A stretch of 64,000 nucleotides of DNA from Eutreptiella sp. 'Long Island Sound 2002'. Lineage: Eukaryota > Protista > Euglenida. The stretch is from contig OZ038379.1 of the NCBI GenBank assembly GCA_964036045.1, forward strand, positions 35,278,001 to 35,342,000, given 5' to 3'. Below, piece after piece: positions 59,412 through 64,000 of the stretch. Position 1 is the stretch's first letter. Every line of letters starts with the position of its first letter. The translations under genes and the position numbers were made by a program. The notes beneath the pieces are model-generated. The model saw only the letters and a list, made by a program, of their open reading frames with translations. It was not told the origin of the DNA and did no database searches.

Positions 59412-59825
59412 GGGCCCGCATAGGGACCCAATGGGCCACAATGGCCATGCACAACATGCATGAACACACACATAATGCATTACATGTTGTGTTGTGCCAT
59501 TGTTAGGAGGGTTAATATTTGGGGGATAGAGTTAATATTTGTGACATTAATATTAATGCTGGCGACTCATTAATTTTTAACTTTTCAAATATTAATCCAA
59601 AAATTAAAAACAAAAGTTAAAGCCGAGAGCCATTTTAAAAATTTGAAACAACCACATGGGTAGGACGCCCCCAGCAACCCCCGGGGGAAAATGACACCCA
59701 AGCCCGTAAGGGAACCTATGGGGGTCATAATTTTCACGGCAAACCCCCTAACCCCCCCTTAAAAAATGCAAACTTGAGATTAAAGTGTTAAGTTTTGGCC
59801 AGATATTAACTATATTAGGTTTAAT

Positions 59826-62800
59826 CTAGGTCACTGGGCAATGCTCCCGGGCCCCCCAGAGAACTTCGGCGTGGGCATGGCGAGAGATTCTCGTCATATG
59901 CTTGTATATCTGCACCATCAAGGCGTCGTTTGCCGCGTGCACCTGAGTCGTCAAGCGGTAGACGCTGGCCATGGGGAGCAGTTTGCTCGGGAGCTTCGCA
60001 ATGAGCACCATCATGGCCGCGTCCGGGGAGAGTCGCTGGGGGCAGAGCTATTTCCAGACCACCGCCCGGATCTCCGGTTGGTTACGGGGGGCCGTGGGTG
60101 TGCCTTGGAGGTAGATGTCCGTCCCCATATAGCGGAGAACCCTGGAGGGCTGGATTTCCGGGGCCCCGGCCATTGCCTCCTCCCGTTGCTCCGGGCTCTC
60201 CGTTGTCCACGCACGGCCACTCGTCGGGCTACGGCTGCCGGAGTGGGCAAGCGTAGGGGCTTGGGGTCGGATGTCGACCCGTGCTGGATTTTGCGGTCCG
60301 GGACGTCCACCCGCAGGATACCCTGGTAGTGTGTCCGTTGATCCAACAGGACCCCCTGTATAGGGCGGGTGTCGCCCCGTTCCAGTAGGACGATCGTGTC
60401 GTCCACCCACATGAGCCCTGGGAAGCGAAACGGCTGTACCGCAGACGCCCTGTACACAATGTCCATTAAGCATAGAAATGGGAGAGCCGCCGTTGCGCCC
60501 GCATGGACCCCCTGGATAGTGCCCTTGGGGGTACCCAAGAGCTGCGCCGAAGTACTCGACTGCCAGGGGCCCAAGGGCAGGGTATACGAGAAGCCCTCAG
60601 TATGGGTGACGAGGTGGTCAGCTCTCCCAGGCCCACTTGGGCCCCCAATATGGGGTGGACGTTTTGGGCAATCACGTCGAGGAACTTGGCGAGGTCGGTG
60701 ATGAGGACGTCCACCACTTGGTGTTCAAGCCTAGCGAGGTCCAACTGCATGTGCACCGTGCGGACCACTTCCTGGAGGGACACCCGTCGCATGCCTCCCA
60801 CGAGGCAAGGGCCCCCCAGAGCCCTCTCGTGTATAGCTGTTGCCAGGGATAGAATGGCGTTGGCTCCAGCTTTGAGATGTGGGAGGAGATGGTGATGTCT
60901 CGGAGATTAGCCTCCTGAATGGGCTGGTCGGAGTTCCTGAGGGGCAAGCTGACCCGACCGCACGTGCCCACTGTGCGGCACATGGGGGGGCTGCGCATGA
61001 CGGCGCAAAGGGTCATCTGGTCGGCCTCTGTTAGGTGACGGTACCAAGAGATGTCTATGCAGACGTCCGCCTCTGGCAGGCTGAGGTCCGGGCCGCGGGC
61101 CTTGCCGGATTGTACCTCCCAGAGGTGGCGAGGCTGGACGGCGGGGCATGCTGTGCCAAGATTTCTAGGTACCGCTGGAAATGGGCCCACCGCTCGGCGT
61201 TCTCACGGGTTCGGTAGTTGTGGCCCTGGAGCCGCATTCGGCTCGCATACAGGGGTGAAAAGGTCTCCCTAGGGTTCAGGAGCGCCTTGTTGTTCAATGG
61301 GATTTCGGAGATATCCCGCAGGGGTCCCCGGCTGCGCCGTTCTACTCCCCGCCACTGCTGTAGGGTGCGCCGGAGGTTGCGGGTCTCCTGTGACAGCCCA
61401 GAGCATGCTGAGCAACTCGGTGGCAGTGGGGCACGCCCTCAAAAGGAGCCTGATGGCGCTTGGAGAGGCCCAGCGCCAGCAAAGCCTCCGGGATATCAAG
61501 TGACGGGCCCTCCGGCGGACGCCGTAAAACGTCCCACGGAGGGGAGCATACCTCGCGCCAGGAAAGGCGGCCGCGGGGACTTCGAGGGGGGGGGGGGGGG
61601 CGTTCCGCCGGGCGTGTCCGGAGGCGGTAGGGCCGGAAGCGAAGAGCCCGGACCCTGCCCACGGCGTGGGCCCAATCATAGGTGGGTCCTTGCAAGCCTT
61701 TCAGCCATCGGGCCGGGGCGAGCTAGGGGTCGATGTCTCTCCTGCGGAGCACCGAGCTCTGAAAATCGGCCGTATCCGCTGGGGATAGAGCCACTCGGCC
61801 CAAGTGGTACTCTGGCGTGCGGGAGACGGTATTGGGGCTCGGTTTGTCCAGCCGGACCACCGGACGGGCGACGGTGAAGAGGAGGGGGACATGGTGGTCC
61901 GATAGGAGGGTGCTTCCCCCGTAGTGGTAGGAAGCTACGGTGAATGTTGCCTCGCTGTGGTAGGCGATCGTTTCAATGCGGGAGCGCGCGGTCTCCAGGA
62001 AGCAGGAGTACGTCTTCTGCGGGACCGGGTGCGGGTCCACAAGGTCCCTGAGGTTGAAAGCCCGCAGAAACATTCGGTAGCCTGTATTATCGTGGTGCGG
62101 GGTTCCCCAGTCTCCCGGTCGGGCCGCTGAGTTGGTGTCGGTCACCACCAGAACGGACGCCGGGTCCACGATGCAGATGACCTCGCACCACATGTCTGCC
62201 CACCATTTCACATATGGCTCACAACCAATGTTGATTTTAGGGGCATGGGCCGCCAACACGCGGTGCTTCCCCCACGGGGTTGGTACCTCCATGAGGAGGG
62301 TGTTCGTGTCCTCCTTGCCCCAGAGCAGGGTAGCCCGGATGGTAGTCCCGGCGCGGACATACACATCGAGGCCTGCCCCCGTCTTTCCATGGGCGGGGAG
62401 CACAATGTGCCGGGTGTAGTCCTGAAACGGGGGATCCTCAGGGGTTGCCTTGGATTGTGCCTCGGCTAGGATGAGGATCGTGGGGCGGCGTGCCGCCATG
62501 TGTAGGGCCTGCGCTAGCAGGCGATGGCACAGGTATCTGCCGCGGACATTGAGCGACAGATACCCGACGGCATGCACGTCCTCCAGCGTGCCCTCAATTC
62601 TCGGAGGGCGAGAGGCCGTGGTCTTCCGGCGCGGAGTCTAGCTCCAGGCCCGCAGAATTAGGCTCGTTCTGGGGGCCCCCATTCGGTGCCGAGGCATCGG
62701 CAGACTCCTGGGAGGCACGCCAGTCGCGCCCGATGAGGCCGACCACCGTGGTCAAGAAAGGGGTTCCTCCCGGCTGCTCGCCGGTGAGCTTCGGGACCAT

Positions 62801-64000
62801 GCAGTCACGCAAGGCTTGGACCTGTGCTCCCAGGAATTCAAACCGCATGGGGCGGGCAGGCTGGAGGGCCCGGGCGTAGCTTTTCTAAGACGCACACCAG
62901 CCCTTCCATTCGGCGTGCCGGAGCTGCTGGGACTCTAGGGCCGAGGGGACCAGAACGAGCCCTTCCCGGGCCTTGTTGTAGGTGGCCTTGGCCACCAAGG
63001 GCGTGGCGATGACCAAAGGTGACCCCCCGGGCGGGGTGAGAGTGGGCCGGTGGTCCCCGAGGTCCATCCAGGCCGTTCGTCCACCGGGCTATAACGGCCC
63101 CCCCCCTTGATGCACACCAGCACCGGGGGTGGGGGGGCTGCGGGCAGGGGCCGCACGGTATGGCCGGTAGTGTCTGCTGTCGGCGCCTGGATGGGCTGCC
63201 CCACCTGTGTAGGCGCCACACGCGGCGGTTGGCTAACGGCGTGGGCTATGAGGTGCCGGACGCCCGCCTTCGTCAGGGGGGGCTGATCTGAGTGCGGGGG
63301 GGGGGGGGGCGCCAGGGTTGGCAGCACCTTGCGCCGTTCCTCCGCCGGGGCGTCATTCCGTGTATACACCGTGAGGCCACGCAGGACGTCACAGTGAACA
63401 CCGTGGACTGCCGTTGGCAACTGCCCCGGTGGGGGTGCAGCCGTTCCCAAGGCAGCACTGACCACTACGCACGCAGCCACCTCTTGGGCGTTGGGGCGGA
63501 AGGTGACGTACCCATCATTCTCTCCCCCAAAGAAGGCCTCCGACACTCCTACTGCTCCATCCATCCACATCAAACGGTCGGCCAAGTGGCGGTGGGACCA
63601 CCCTGCTAGGAGGCGCCGCAAACGTAGGACGGTAGGCGCATCCCTGTTGCGGGGCTGTTGCGGGGCTGGCGCTGCTCTCCCGAGGGGGGCAGCCCCCGCA
63701 CCTCGGAGACCCGGTTTGGTCTGCGTCGCCCCAGTGCGCCTTTTCTTGGGTGTTTGTGGGTGTCCATCCCGGGGAGACCGTGTTGTTTATGCGCGGGGGG
63801 CCACAAGGCGCGGCTTTTTTTGTGTACCCGTGAGGGCTTTGGTAGGCGGCGTGTGTGGGGTTCCAGTAGATGGCTGGGTCGCCGTTTGCCGGCCCTTCTT
63901 CCGCCGGCGCTGGCGCTTGCGCGGGGGCTCCTCTTGCGTCATGTGCGGAGCGCGGGCGCGGGGAGCCGTTCAGGGCTCCCAGTCATGCCGGCGCCTTGTG
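59826..64000 (-). mobile_element. Divergent non-LTR retrotransposon (ORF1 remnant, APE, RT), 3'-truncated, probably extending beyond the window
   Basis: APE (61723-62577) motifs LSLNVRG, LILAEAQ, VVTDTNS, SRIETIAY and LSDHHVP. RT motifs SGKARGPD, ANLRDITISSHISKL, ITDLAKFLDVI, KGTIQG and LMWVDDTI, broken by frameshifts. Confidence 0.85.

Overview
Eukaryotic, GC-rich, intron- and transposon-dense nuclear DNA. It is most consistent with a euglenozoan such as a euglenid. That is an inference from the GTGTG-type donors, long GC-rich introns, many poly-G/C tracts and a gag-YR-RT retroelement; no rRNA, tRNA or CRISPR was recognised. Host genes: a three-exon hydroxyacid-oxoacid transhydrogenase (HOT/ADHFE1-like, 17157-23190) whose first intron lacks a GT donor, a multi-exon hypothetical gene (about 26-43.7 kb, low confidence) and a zf-MYND gene (MYND split over exons 51464-51568 and 52115 onward). 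Mobile DNA: three different decayed non-LTR retrotransposons (RT-zf-RNase H; APE-RT-RNase H-zf; APE-RT with a WVDD motif), a tyrosine-recombinase retrotransposon with an in-place 616-bp inversion in its RT, a TA-flanked TIR element hosting one LINE, a pogo-type HTH remnant and a RAG1/Transib-like transposase remnant with an AT-rich palindromic intron. There is also a 2.7-kb array of 42-bp hairpin-capable repeats. Most long ORFs in the supplied track over the repeat arrays are artefacts. All protein calls come from visual motif recognition; no searches were run.
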